64,000 nucleotides of DNA from positions 31,322-95,321 of the forward strand of contig JBAVQB010000034.1 in assembly GCA_049693615.1 (NCBI GenBank), written 5' to 3'. Of the stretch, positions 56,223 to 64,000 are shown piece by piece. Each line of letters starts with the position of its first letter. The stretch's first letter is position 1. This stretch comes from Candidatus Acidiferrales bacterium. Lineage in GTDB: Bacteria; Acidobacteriota; Terriglobia; Acidiferrales; UBA7541. A program made the position numbers and the translations under genes. A model generated the notes under the pieces. It worked only from the letters and a program-made list of their open reading frames with translations, did no database searches and was not told the origin of the DNA.

Positions 56223-56651
56223 TCCCTTGTCTGTACAAGTGATACGAAAATCATTCTTGAGGCGCTTGACGCCTTCCTGTTATTGGGATTAGATGTCAAC
56301 GCAGTGTTTAGAATGAAATCGCTGTGGACACGATATGTTAGCGAAAAGCCCAACGATAAATCGCAAAGGCAGGAAATGGAAGGTATGGGTCGTCGACGAA
56401 ACGGATGTCACGATCACGGTTCGGGTTCGCCCGCTACGGGTAATGACCCCGATTGAATTCACTTTTCCCTTCCGGGACGATTTCTGATCTCTCAATGGCC
56501 TTGCGGCTGAGGCGATAGACCGCTATTTAGAGCGCTAGCACCGATTCCCTAACCACCGTCCCTGCACACCCAAAATAATTCCACCTTCCCCACAAACTTT
56601 ATGTAATATTTCGCGCGCCCCCTGCGTATCACCAGCAGAACGCCAATACCC

Positions 56652-57548
56652 ATGGACGCCATTACACTAGAAAACGTAACGAAATCCTACGACGCGGTAA
56701 CCGCCGTCAGCGGAATCAACCTGCACGTCCGCCAGGGCGCCATCCTCGGGTTGCTCGGCCCTAACGGCGCCGGCAAAACCACCACCATTCGCATGATCAT
56801 GAACATCCTGGTCCCCGACGAAGGCTCCATCCAAGTTCTCGGCCAGCCCGTCAGCGACAGCACGCGCGACATCATCGGCTATCTTCCCGAAGAGCGCGGG
56901 CTGTATCCACGCATGAAAGTCCGCGAGATCATCGTTTTCCTCGCAGCGCTTCATGGACTCGCAGAAGACGAAGCGGACCGCCGCGCCAAGGAATGGCTGG
57001 AAAAACTGGGCCTTGCTGAATGGTCCGAGAAAAAGCTAATCGATCTTTCCAAAGGCATGCAGCAAAAGGTTCAATTCATTACCGCTGTAATTCACAAGCC
57101 GCCGCTGGTGATTCTCGACGAGCCTTTCTCCGGCCTCGATCCCGTGAACGCCGCCACCGTAGAAGAAATCATGATCGACATGCGCGCGGGCGGCTCCACT
57201 ATCGTCCTCTCCACTCACCGTATGGAGCAAGTCGAACGCATGTGCGATTCGATTTGCTTGATCGACAAAGGCCGTAAGTTGCTCGATGGCGACCTTCGCG
57301 CGATTAAGCAGTCTTACGGAAAAAATACTTTGCACATCGAATTCACCGGCAGCGACGCTTTCCTGAAACATCCCGCAATCCTTAGCATGACGCGCTTGGG
57401 AAACGGAGTGGAAGCTAAACTAAAGCCCGGCGCCGACCCCCAGGAAATCCTGAAAGCGGCCGTGCAGGAAAATGTCAGCATCATTCGCTTCGAACTTCTC
57501 GAGCCTTCTCTCAACGAAATCTTTATCGACAGGACTTCCCGTGCGTAA
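56652..57548 (+). CDS. ABC transporter ATP-binding protein (NatA / ABC-2 type)
   Basis: Walker A GPNGAGKTT, signature LSKGMQQKV, Walker B VILDEPFSGLD. Confidence 0.9.
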   Translation: MDAITLENVTKSYDAVTAVSGINLHVRQGAILGLLGPNGAGKTTTIRMIMNILVPDEGSIQVLGQPVSDSTRDIIGYLPEERGLYPRMKVREIIVFLAALHGLAEDEADRRAKEWLEKLGLAEWSEKKLIDLSKGMQQKVQFITAVIHKPPLVILDEPFSGLDPVNAATVEEIMIDMRAGGSTIVLSTHRMEQVERMCDSICLIDKGRKLLDGDLRAIKQSYGKNTLHIEFTGSDAFLKHPAILSMTRLGNGVEAKLKPGADPQEILKAAVQENVSIIRFELLEPSLNEIFIDRTSRA

Positions 57549-58806
57549 ACTTCGACTCATCGTCAAGCGCGAATATTTGACGCGCATCAAGACCAAGGGC
57601 TTCATCATTGGAACGATCCTGGTCCCGCTAATTGGTCTGGCGTTCTGCCTGCTGATTATTTTTCTGGTGAACCACAAGCCCACGCACAGCATGCGGCTGG
57701 TAATCGTGGACAATTCCGGCACGCTCGCGCAGCCTATCACCCAAGGTTTGGACGCCAAACTCGAAAACGGCCAACCTGAATTCAACATCGTGGAGACCAT
57801 CATGCGCCCCGCTTCGCCCGACGCCGTTCAGCAAGACTTGCGCGCGCGCATAAACGCCGAAAAGATCGATGCCTACCTCTGGATTCCCCGCGATCCCAAA
57901 GACTCGTTCGAACTACACATGCGCAATCCCGATAATTTCAGCCTGATCGGCCCGCTTTCCGGCGCTGTCGATCAAGCCGTGATTTCCGCCCGACTCAGCG
58001 AGCGCGGCGTCCACCTGGATGACATCAAATCCATCCTCCGCGGCACCGACCTCAAGCTCATGAAGATTAGCGAAACTGGCGAAGCCGAAGAAAAAGGCCA
58101 AAGCATCGGCATCGCCGTCGCTTTGGTGGTGCTGCTTTACACCGCGCTGCTCATGTACGGCATCATTACCATGCGCTCGGTGCTGGAAGAAAAAACCACG
58201 CGGACCATGGAAGTTCTCATCTCCGCCGTGCGTCCTTTCGAACTTCTGTGCGGAAAAATTCTTGGCGTGGCCGCTGCCGCGTTCACCCAATTCGCTGTAT
58301 GGATGATTTCCACCGCGCTCCTTTTCACTTACGGCGCGCTGGCTGCCATGGGCATGGGTGGAACGGCCATGTCTGGCGTCCACGTTCCGATTTCTCTGGT
58401 GCTCTACGCCACAATCTTTTTTATCGGCGGGTATTTTCTGTATTCCTCCATGTTCGCCGCGATCGGCGCAGCCTGCTCCAACGAACAGGACGCGCAACAA
58501 TTGCAATGGATCGCCATGGCTCCGCTGGTTTTCTGCATGGTCATCTACAGCATGGTGCTCAACGATCCCACGTCTACCGCCTCGGTGGTGCTCTCTGAAA
58601 TTCCTTTTTTCGCGCCAGTCCTGATGGCTCTGCGCATCTCGCTGCAGACGCCGCCGGCGTGGCAAATCGTCTTGTCGCTCGTCCTGCTCGTACTCACCAC
58701 CGTCGGCACCATTTGGGCCTCGGCAAAGATTTATCGCGTGGGCATCCTGATGTACGGCAAGCGCCCCAGCTTAGTAGAAATGTTCCGCTGGCTCCGCTAC
58801 TCATAG
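57541..58806 (+). CDS. ABC-2 family permease (NatB-like)
   Basis: GTG 57541 overlaps the ATPase stop (GTGCGTAA), which suggests translational coupling. The protein begins VRKLRLIVKREYLTRIKTKGFIIGT, then has a large extracytoplasmic loop and a C-terminal 5-6 TM ABC-2 core. Confidence 0.8.
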   Translation: MRKLRLIVKREYLTRIKTKGFIIGTILVPLIGLAFCLLIIFLVNHKPTHSMRLVIVDNSGTLAQPITQGLDAKLENGQPEFNIVETIMRPASPDAVQQDLRARINAEKIDAYLWIPRDPKDSFELHMRNPDNFSLIGPLSGAVDQAVISARLSERGVHLDDIKSILRGTDLKLMKISETGEAEEKGQSIGIAVALVVLLYTALLMYGIITMRSVLEEKTTRTMEVLISAVRPFELLCGKILGVAAAAFTQFAVWMISTALLFTYGALAAMGMGGTAMSGVHVPISLVLYATIFFIGGYFLYSSMFAAIGAACSNEQDAQQLQWIAMAPLVFCMVIYSMVLNDPTSTASVVLSEIPFFAPVLMALRISLQTPPAWQIVLSLVLLVLTTVGTIWASAKIYRVGILMYGKRPSLVEMFRWLRYS

Positions 58807-58917
58807 CGCCGAGTCTGGCTCGCGACTCCCACATTTAGTTTTTCCGTTGATCGCGATATATTACCGGCGCGCAGAACCTGGTCTCCGCAGCAACCATTCC
58901 CTCGAAGGAGTAGTTCG

Positions 58918-59451
58918 ATGCATACGCGATTCGCAATCCGCCTGGCACTAATCTCGGCCCTGCTGCTTCTACCCGGCGCATCAACCGCAGGCACCCGCTA
59001 CGACGGCGATTGGGCCACGCACATGGCCTGCGAAGCACACGGAGAAACTCCCGCGTACAAATTTCAATTTCCCAGCAGCATCAAAGACGGCGTCTTCCAC
59101 GGACAGCACGGCGAAGAAGGCGGCCCTGGCTACCTCGTTATCGACGGAAAAATCGCGGATGACGGCAGCGCCAAGGTGGAAGCCAAAGGCCACGTCAGCC
59201 AGAACCACGCGCACGGAGTTTTCGCGATGAAGGGCAACAACTATAGCTACAACATCAAAGCTCACTTCGAAGACACTAAGGGCAGCGGCACGCGCGACGA
59301 AGGCGCCGGCATCCTGGGCCGCGCCTGTACCTTCGAATTCGTAAAGCAAACCGCCCCCGCAACACCGTCGCCCGCTACCCAGGACGCTCCACCCGCCGCG
59401 CCCGCGCCGCCCACAGACTCGAAACCCCCGGACGCCGCCAAACCAAACTGA
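58918..59451 (+). CDS. Hypothetical secreted protein with Pro/Ala-rich tail
   Basis: Signal MHTRFAIRLALISALLLLPGASTAG. No family was recognised. Confidence 0.55.
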   Translation: MHTRFAIRLALISALLLLPGASTAGTRYDGDWATHMACEAHGETPAYKFQFPSSIKDGVFHGQHGEEGGPGYLVIDGKIADDGSAKVEAKGHVSQNHAHGVFAMKGNNYSYNIKAHFEDTKGSGTRDEGAGILGRACTFEFVKQTAPATPSPATQDAPPAAPAPPTDSKPPDAAKPN

Positions 59452-59689
59452 AACGCAGGCAAGCCGAAGCTCTGAGCTCGAGCGGAGATCCGCGCATTTC
59501 TTTTGGTTTTGCCGTGTCATCCCGAAATCCACGCCGTTCGCGGATCGCCTTGAGGGACCTGCTGTTTCTGTCGTGCTTGGCGCCGGGCGTTCACACGCCC
59601 CCGCCCCACTCCCGCGCTTTCCTTCCGCTCCAAACGGAGTTAGACTTGCGCCATCTCGCTCCCCCAGACCAGCGTTGCAGGAGGCCACC

Positions 59690-60022
59690 ATGCACGCACG
59701 CGTCACGCAGTTCAGTATCCCGACTGAAAAGTTGAATGAATTCCGCGAGGCGCTCAATTCCGCGATCCCGCTCATGCGTCAACGCAAAGGCTTCCAGGCG
59801 CTGCTCGTTTTGCGTGTGGAAGAATCCAACCCGCCCGACGTCCGCGTAATGACTTTATGGGAAACGCAGGAAGCCCTGCACGAAAGCGAGAACAGCCTGC
59901 TCTTCTACCAGGCCCTCGCGCGCGCCCTGACTTTTGCCAAAGGCTTTCCCGTAATGCGCGAAGAAGAAGTGATGCTCTACGACTTCGGAAAGGCCGCCGC
60001 AGCCTCCGCAGCCTTGTCCTGA
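59690..60022 (+). CDS. ABM/Dabb-like (antibiotic biosynthesis monooxygenase fold) small protein
   Basis: AGGAGG SD before ATG 59690. MHARVTQFSIP..LNEFREAL..GFQALLVLR..VMTLWETQEAL is the ferredoxin-like ABM pattern. Confidence 0.5.
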   Translation: MHARVTQFSIPTEKLNEFREALNSAIPLMRQRKGFQALLVLRVEESNPPDVRVMTLWETQEALHESENSLLFYQALARALTFAKGFPVMREEEVMLYDFGKAAAASAALS

Positions 60023-60099
60023 ATCAGAGACAAACGATATGGCCGAGGGTGCGCCATCACACGACGACCCACCCTCGCGTTTCGCAAAAGCAATTCCGC

Positions 60100-61122
60100 T
60101 TAGTGCCCCTTCACCCCATGAGTTTCCATTAACGCATCTATGAAAGCTCCCGTGATCGCGCCGTAGTTCTTAACGCGGGTTAACTCCGTGCCGCTACTTC
60201 CGGCTACATCCACCTCAGAGAAAGCCCCGTTGGAATATATAAAGCCGTGCAAGACTCCGGCCGCGTCCTGGTAATAACCCGAGATTTCCCCCTGGGTGTT
60301 CACCCCTATAGGTTCGGTATTGTGGCCCAAAGGAAAAATCAACGAGGTAAAAACGCCGCCTTTAAGCGTAAATCCATAGGTATTGTTCATGGAGTCCTCC
60401 CAGATCCCGACGATTTCACCCGAGGAGTTGATTCCCGCGGCGATTGTGGTGCTGGCGCCTGGGTAGTCAATTTGAGTGAACGTGCCGCCATTGTCCAGGA
60501 AGCCATGCAAGATTCCGGCTGCGTCGGTAAAACCGCCCACCATTTCTCCAGAATCATTGATGTCAAATACGTCGGTGCCGTTCGCGCCTGGGTAATCAAC
60601 ATCGGTGAAAGTTGCGGCCGTGTCCAAAAAACCGTGGGCAACCATTGACGAGTCTGTATAAAAGCCCACGATCTGGCCGGAAGTGTTGATTCCGGTGGCC
60701 GCGGTGGCCCCGCTGGACGTCGCACCCGGAATATCCAGCAATTCGTAAACCCCGCTCTTCGCAATGAAGGCGGTCTCGGGTGATGGCGGAGTAGTGGCAG
60801 TGCCGGTGGGATCGAACTGTAGAAAGCCCACGATAGTCGTATTGTTGCAATCGAACGCGACCGAACTTGCCGCGCCCGGATAGTCGGTGGTGACAAACGC
60901 GTAAACCTTAGCGCTCGCCGAGTGCGCGACTTCCTGTTTTGCGCCACCCGTTTGTCCCGCATTCTGGTTGGCATGCGGATGGTACCCGGGAAGATACTGC
61001 AGCACTTGCTCCAACGGCGGCAGATTGGTCTTAACTTCCGGAGTCGTTTGAGACCACGCAGGGGTGACTGCTGCAAACAAAAGAACGGCCAGAATTACCT
61101 GCAAACCCGTAGTGCTTTTCAT
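60100..61122 (-). CDS. Secreted HAF-family-like extracellular repeat protein
   Basis: AAAGGAG SD and a signal peptide. There are about 5-6 repeats of HGF(L/I)...G.F(T/S).(I/V)D(Y/V)PGA..T...GIN..G(Q/E)IVG. Confidence 0.6.
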   Translation of the reverse strand: MKSTTGLQVILAVLLFAAVTPAWSQTTPEVKTNLPPLEQVLQYLPGYHPHANQNAGQTGGAKQEVAHSASAKVYAFVTTDYPGAASSVAFDCNNTTIVGFLQFDPTGTATTPPSPETAFIAKSGVYELLDIPGATSSGATAATGINTSGQIVGFYTDSSMVAHGFLDTAATFTDVDYPGANGTDVFDINDSGEMVGGFTDAAGILHGFLDNGGTFTQIDYPGASTTIAAGINSSGEIVGIWEDSMNNTYGFTLKGGVFTSLIFPLGHNTEPIGVNTQGEISGYYQDAAGVLHGFIYSNGAFSEVDVAGSSGTELTRVKNYGAITGAFIDALMETHGVKGH

Positions 61123-61266
61123 CGGGATATCTCCTTTTTAATTTCGTTTCGGGGCCTGGCCTTGTTGCGGCAGTCCACACACCTGCGCCTGCTCGCAACG
61201 CTTAATGCATAGGTTCCGATGGAAGGCCGTCTATCGAGCGGGAGTCTGCGCCAAGTGCTGTCGCAA

Positions 61267-61309
61267 GGTCAATGCACAGCGTCTGACTTTCAGGTGAAAG
61301 TTAGGTGAA
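61267..61309 (-). promoter_or_regulatory. Second copy of the TTCACCT-N4-TTCACCT tandem repeat plus TGCATTGACC element
   Basis: The + strand has GGTCAATGCA at 61267-61276 and AGGTGAA at 61292-61298 and 61303-61309. The site is about 145 nt upstream of the start at 61122. The repeat-to-TTGACC spacing is 11 nt longer than at 22550-22581. Confidence 0.5.
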
Positions 61310-61642
61310 CCGCTAAGCATAAGAGCGATGATTAGTTAGAATCCGCCGGAAGGAATGTAGTTTGCGACACGCAAGCGCAAGGCTCAGTTCATTAATATTG
61401 TATTCACACGCGCGTGGCGACGGCTGTTCGGGCGCAAAGCCCCATCATGCGCAATCGGGAACCGCAAAGGATGCGCCGGGCCTTGCAGGTTCCCGCCGTC
61501 GGTTGTCTACTCCAGGAACATGCTGAACGCGTTAGGATCGTCGACCACCACATTGGCGGTGATTGTAACAATTGCTACACCGGTAAAAGCACTTTCGCAC
61601 GATTCAATACTACCGCTGCGCACCATCCATGGCTGTTGGCTC

Positions 61643-62188
61643 TTACTCCAAAACTCCACCGCAGGCAGGGTAGGCGTTCTCGACCGCTTCACCGCGCCGC
61701 AACACAGCAGTCCCACCAAAGACATCATGTAGCGCACGTTTGTCCGCCGCCAACCCGATCCGCAGCGATTCGCAGAAAAAATAAAACAATCCCACATACG
61801 GCACGTTGATCAACAGCCGTCCCGCTGCAAACCTCCGCGTCGCCTGCCAAAATCCAATGCGCTTCCCATTCACATCCGCCACATAAAGATTCAGCATGCG
61901 CTTCCCCACCGTCGAACGCGACCGCGAACTTTCCATCAGCGCAAAATACAGCCAACTGCTCACCACAAAAAATACCAGCACCGCAAAAAGAAAAGGCCGC
62001 CCAAACCCCTCGATGATCCCACTCTGCGGCATCCCCGGACGCAGCGCCAGAAACACGCGCCAACTCCCCACCGCCACCGACAAAAACGAAACCACCATCG
62101 CCAGAAGTACGGCCAAAATCACAAAATCAATAATCGCCGCCCAGCACCGAATCCAAAATCCCGCCCGCATCTCGTCAGTAACCATCAT
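61643..62188 (-). CDS. RDD family membrane protein
   Basis: GFWIRCWAAIIDFVILAV, a central TM pair, then GKRIGFWQATRR and RALHDVFGGTAV. Confidence 0.65.
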   Translation of the reverse strand: MMVTDEMRAGFWIRCWAAIIDFVILAVLLAMVVSFLSVAVGSWRVFLALRPGMPQSGIIEGFGRPFLFAVLVFFVVSSWLYFALMESSRSRSTVGKRMLNLYVADVNGKRIGFWQATRRFAAGRLLINVPYVGLFYFFCESLRIGLAADKRALHDVFGGTAVLRRGEAVENAYPACGGVLE

Positions 62189-62362
62189 TCACCTCCGTTT
62201 GTAATCGCCGCAAGTCGCAACATTACGCCATTGCTTTTTTAAAGTTGTCATCTGGACATCATTTGGCTTCTGCAGGACCCCGTTTTCCCTTTGTGCTTAA
62301 ATGTTGCGCCCCATTTACCAGGCAGCCATTAAATTCTCTTTATATTTTATTGGCAGGGATAC

Positions 62363-62370
62363 TGTAGAAT
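62363..62370 (+). promoter_or_regulatory. Extended -10 promoter (TGTAGAAT) 7 nt upstream of the ATG at 62378; leaderless-type
   Basis: TG at 62363-62364, TAGAAT at 62365-62370, then CCGCATA and ATG. No SD is present. Confidence 0.4.
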
Positions 62371-62377
62371 CCGCATA

Positions 62378-62815
62378 ATGAAACAATCAGTACACATCCC
62401 TGGACTCATCGACACCAAACGCGCAGCAATAGTGGTGTTATGCCTTACCGGCTTTCTAATGCTGAATAGGTTCCGGCAGGGGTTCCGCCCTCAACGCGGG
62501 TCTTATTGGCTTTTCGATACTCGAATGTTCCTTTCTACCCGAGCTGCTATGACGGTGAATTTAATCTTCTACGTGTATCTATTCTGGATAGGAATAGCTC
62601 TTTACCGGGCGGCACGAGGCACTGAGCGCCTGATAGTAATTGGCTGGTTCGTGCCCATTTTTCTTGGCCCCATCCAATACCTTTTCTCAATTTCTCTTTC
62701 GGTCATCGGATTCCTAAACTTCGTCGCAGTATTCTCGGCATTTCTCGCTTCTGCATATATTCTCTTCAAAGTTTCGGCCGTCGGCCCGCCCCAACTTGAC
62801 AATCAAAACTCATAG
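62378..62815 (+). CDS. Hypothetical integral membrane protein (4 TM)
   Basis: 145 aa with four hydrophobic helices, in a lower-GC patch. Confidence 0.5.
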   Translation: MKQSVHIPGLIDTKRAAIVVLCLTGFLMLNRFRQGFRPQRGSYWLFDTRMFLSTRAAMTVNLIFYVYLFWIGIALYRAARGTERLIVIGWFVPIFLGPIQYLFSISLSVIGFLNFVAVFSAFLASAYILFKVSAVGPPQLDNQNS

Positions 62816-62909
62816 TCATTGATATGCAGCTCCCCAATTAGCAAATACTTTTCGTCTGGTGCGCTAAGCTCACCGAACACGTCCAGCAGTCGATGCGATA
62901 TCCTAAGGC

Positions 62910-63281
62910 ATGCCTATCGTCTTCGTCATCGCCACCGACTGGCAACTTCGCGCCACCGTCCGCGCCGAACTTCGCGAGCTCAACATCGACGCGCTCGGCA
63001 TGGATTCCCCCCACGACGCCGGCCGCGCCCTCGCCGCAAATCAAATGCCCGACGCCATCGTGTTGGAAGCAACTGCCGACCTAGCCGCCAATCCCGCAAT
63101 GCAAAACCTGATCAAGCGCATCCCCACAATAGTGATCGCCTCCCGCACTGAGTCGGTCTCGTCTCTGGCTACATACGTAGACGCCCTCGCGCCTGGATCA
63201 GTTGTGCTCCACCGCCCCGTCACAGTGGGAGACATCGTCAACGAAGTCCGCGCCATCCTGGCTCGCGCTCAATCAGCGTAG
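62910..63281 (+). CDS. Stand-alone receiver-like (pseudo-receiver) domain protein
   Basis: The (beta-alpha)5-like layout is IVFVIATD.., PDAIVLEA.., IPTIVIASR.., VVLHRPV... Glu sits at the phospho-acceptor Asp position, the acidic pair is degenerate, and Arg replaces the conserved Lys. Confidence 0.4.
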   Translation: MPIVFVIATDWQLRATVRAELRELNIDALGMDSPHDAGRALAANQMPDAIVLEATADLAANPAMQNLIKRIPTIVIASRTESVSSLATYVDALAPGSVVLHRPVTVGDIVNEVRAILARAQSA

Positions 63282-63296
63282 TCTCCATGCACTCAA

Positions 63297-64000
63297 TTAC
63301 GAAACCCGTATCAACGCCTTCCCGCGCAACCCGCCCTTCTTCAACTTCTCGATAATCTCCCCGGCCTTTTCCAACTCAACAGTAGCCGTAATCCGCGCCG
63401 TGATCACGCCGTCCGCCATCATGCGCGCCACTCGCGTCAATCCTTCCGTGTTCGACAGAGGATTGGTCAGCCCGGCAATGTTGTGCGCCGTGATTTTCCG
63501 TTCGGCGAACCACTTCTCATCCGCTGCATAAATCGTGGAGACCAATTTGCCTCCAGGCTTCAGAATCTCGGCATCGCGCCCAATCGCGTCCTTACCATTC
63601 ACCAGATCAAACACTGCATCAACGCCATCCGGATGAGCTTTGTGTATCGCCGCGATCACATCACCTGCTTTCGTGTCGTAAACTTCTTCCGCGCCGAGCC
63701 GCTTCGCCTCGTCCGCATCGCCGCGAACCGTCGCGATCACATGCGCCCCCATCGAACGCGCCATCTGCACCGCGTATCCGCCCACGCCTCCCGTCGCTCC
63801 CATCACTACCACCCGATGCCCGCGAGCTACGTCCAACATTTCCAATGACGCGAGCGCCGTGATCATAGTCGGATTGGAGACGATTACCTTAAGCGTTCCG
63901 TCAACCCGCGCGGAAGAGGCCGCCACCCAGTCCTCGTATCCCCTGAAGTCGGAGAACGCGATTCCGCCCGGCGATATCAGCGAGTACTTGTCCTGCGCGT
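63297..64000 (-). CDS. Zinc-independent MDR / NADPH:quinone oxidoreductase-like protein (5' end beyond window)
   Basis: VVVMGATGGVGGYAVQMARSMGAHVIATV Rossmann motif. The frame stays open upstream of the listed Met to the window end (..YSLISPGGIAFSDFRGYEDWVAA..). Confidence 0.75.
   Translation of the reverse strand, partial: AQDKYSLISPGGIAFSDFRGYEDWVAASSARVDGTLKVIVSNPTMITALASLEMLDVARGHRVVVMGATGGVGGYAVQMARSMGAHVIATVRGDADEAKRLGAEEVYDTKAGDVIAAIHKAHPDGVDAVFDLVNGKDAIGRDAEILKPGGKLVSTIYAADEKWFAERKITAHNIAGLTNPLSNTEGLTRVARMMADGVITARITATVELEKAGEIIEKLKKGGLRGKALIRVS

Noticed and set aside
56335-56487. 50-aa + strand ORF (MLAKSPTINRKGRKWKVWVVDETDVTITVRVRPLRVMTPIEFTFPFRDDF) in the AT-richer gap before the ABC operon
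   Set aside because: The sequence looks protein-like, but there is no Shine-Dalgarno and no recognisable family. An overlapping 68-aa minus-strand ORF is equally possible. The evidence is too weak to call without conservation data.
58981-59775. 264-aa minus-strand ORF; also 37657..38247 and 44124..44768
   Set aside because: Each overlaps a motif-supported gene on the other strand or frame (secreted protein/ABM, alpha/beta hydrolase, CPBP protease). Each has a low-complexity Arg/Gly/Ala composition.
1-64000. Search for CRISPR arrays, IS elements/transposases, integrases, prophage genes, retron/DGR reverse transcriptases, restriction-modification or toxin-antitoxin pairs
   Set aside because: I saw no regularly spaced direct repeats of 25-40 nt. 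None of the translated ORFs shows DDE/HUH transposase, tyrosine/serine recombinase, reverse transcriptase, nuclease-helicase or classic TA motifs. The lone methyltransferase at 11031 has a small-molecule/protein MTase layout and no DNA-MTase target-recognition features.

Overview
This is a high-GC, paralogue-rich chromosomal segment. It most likely comes from an Acidobacteriota (Terriglobia-like) genome. That inference rests on two tandem ADOP-type duplicated MacB/FtsX permeases, eukaryotic-like Ser/Thr kinases fused to TolB/PD40 propellers, many YVTN/lactonase-type propeller proteins and DinB-family proteins.

I can support about 55 protein-coding genes:
- two paralogous Ser/Thr kinases
- a membrane PAS-PAS-GGDEF-EAL protein
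- a SAM methyltransferase, a redoxin, alpha/beta hydrolases and an M55 peptidase
- a SemiSWEET, a Tat-exported beta-carbonic anhydrase, a GNAT and an FMN-dependent alpha-hydroxy-acid oxidase
- an SDR and a NatAB-like ABC pair
- two CPBP proteases, two STAS proteins, an RDD protein and a quinone-oxidoreductase-like MDR
- many secreted or lipoprotein hypotheticals and large repeat proteins

I recognised no rRNA, tRNA, CRISPR array, transposase, integrase or phage genes. I also found no complete known defence, secretion or biosynthetic system.

The observations most worth follow-up are regulatory or structural rather than a clear new multi-gene system:
1. A shared tandem TTCACCT (11-bp period) plus TGCATTGACC element lies upstream of two unrelated secreted-protein genes.
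2. An ATG-free unit of about 315 nt, bounded by a promoter-like site and a strong terminator, sits inside a 950-bp gene-free gap and is a candidate ncRNA.
3. Consensus-like promoters abut the start codons of the two kinases and of one membrane protein gene, which implies leaderless mRNAs.
4. A segmental-duplication scar preserves the 5' stub of the c-di-GMP sensor gene.
5. A membrane-anchored STAS fusion and an orphan STAS protein have no partner-switching enzymes nearby.
6. Two AT-richer blocks of unknown-function genes lie at about 19.99-24.3 kb and 40.45-42.8 kb.

All family calls come from motif reading by eye. No database search was run.
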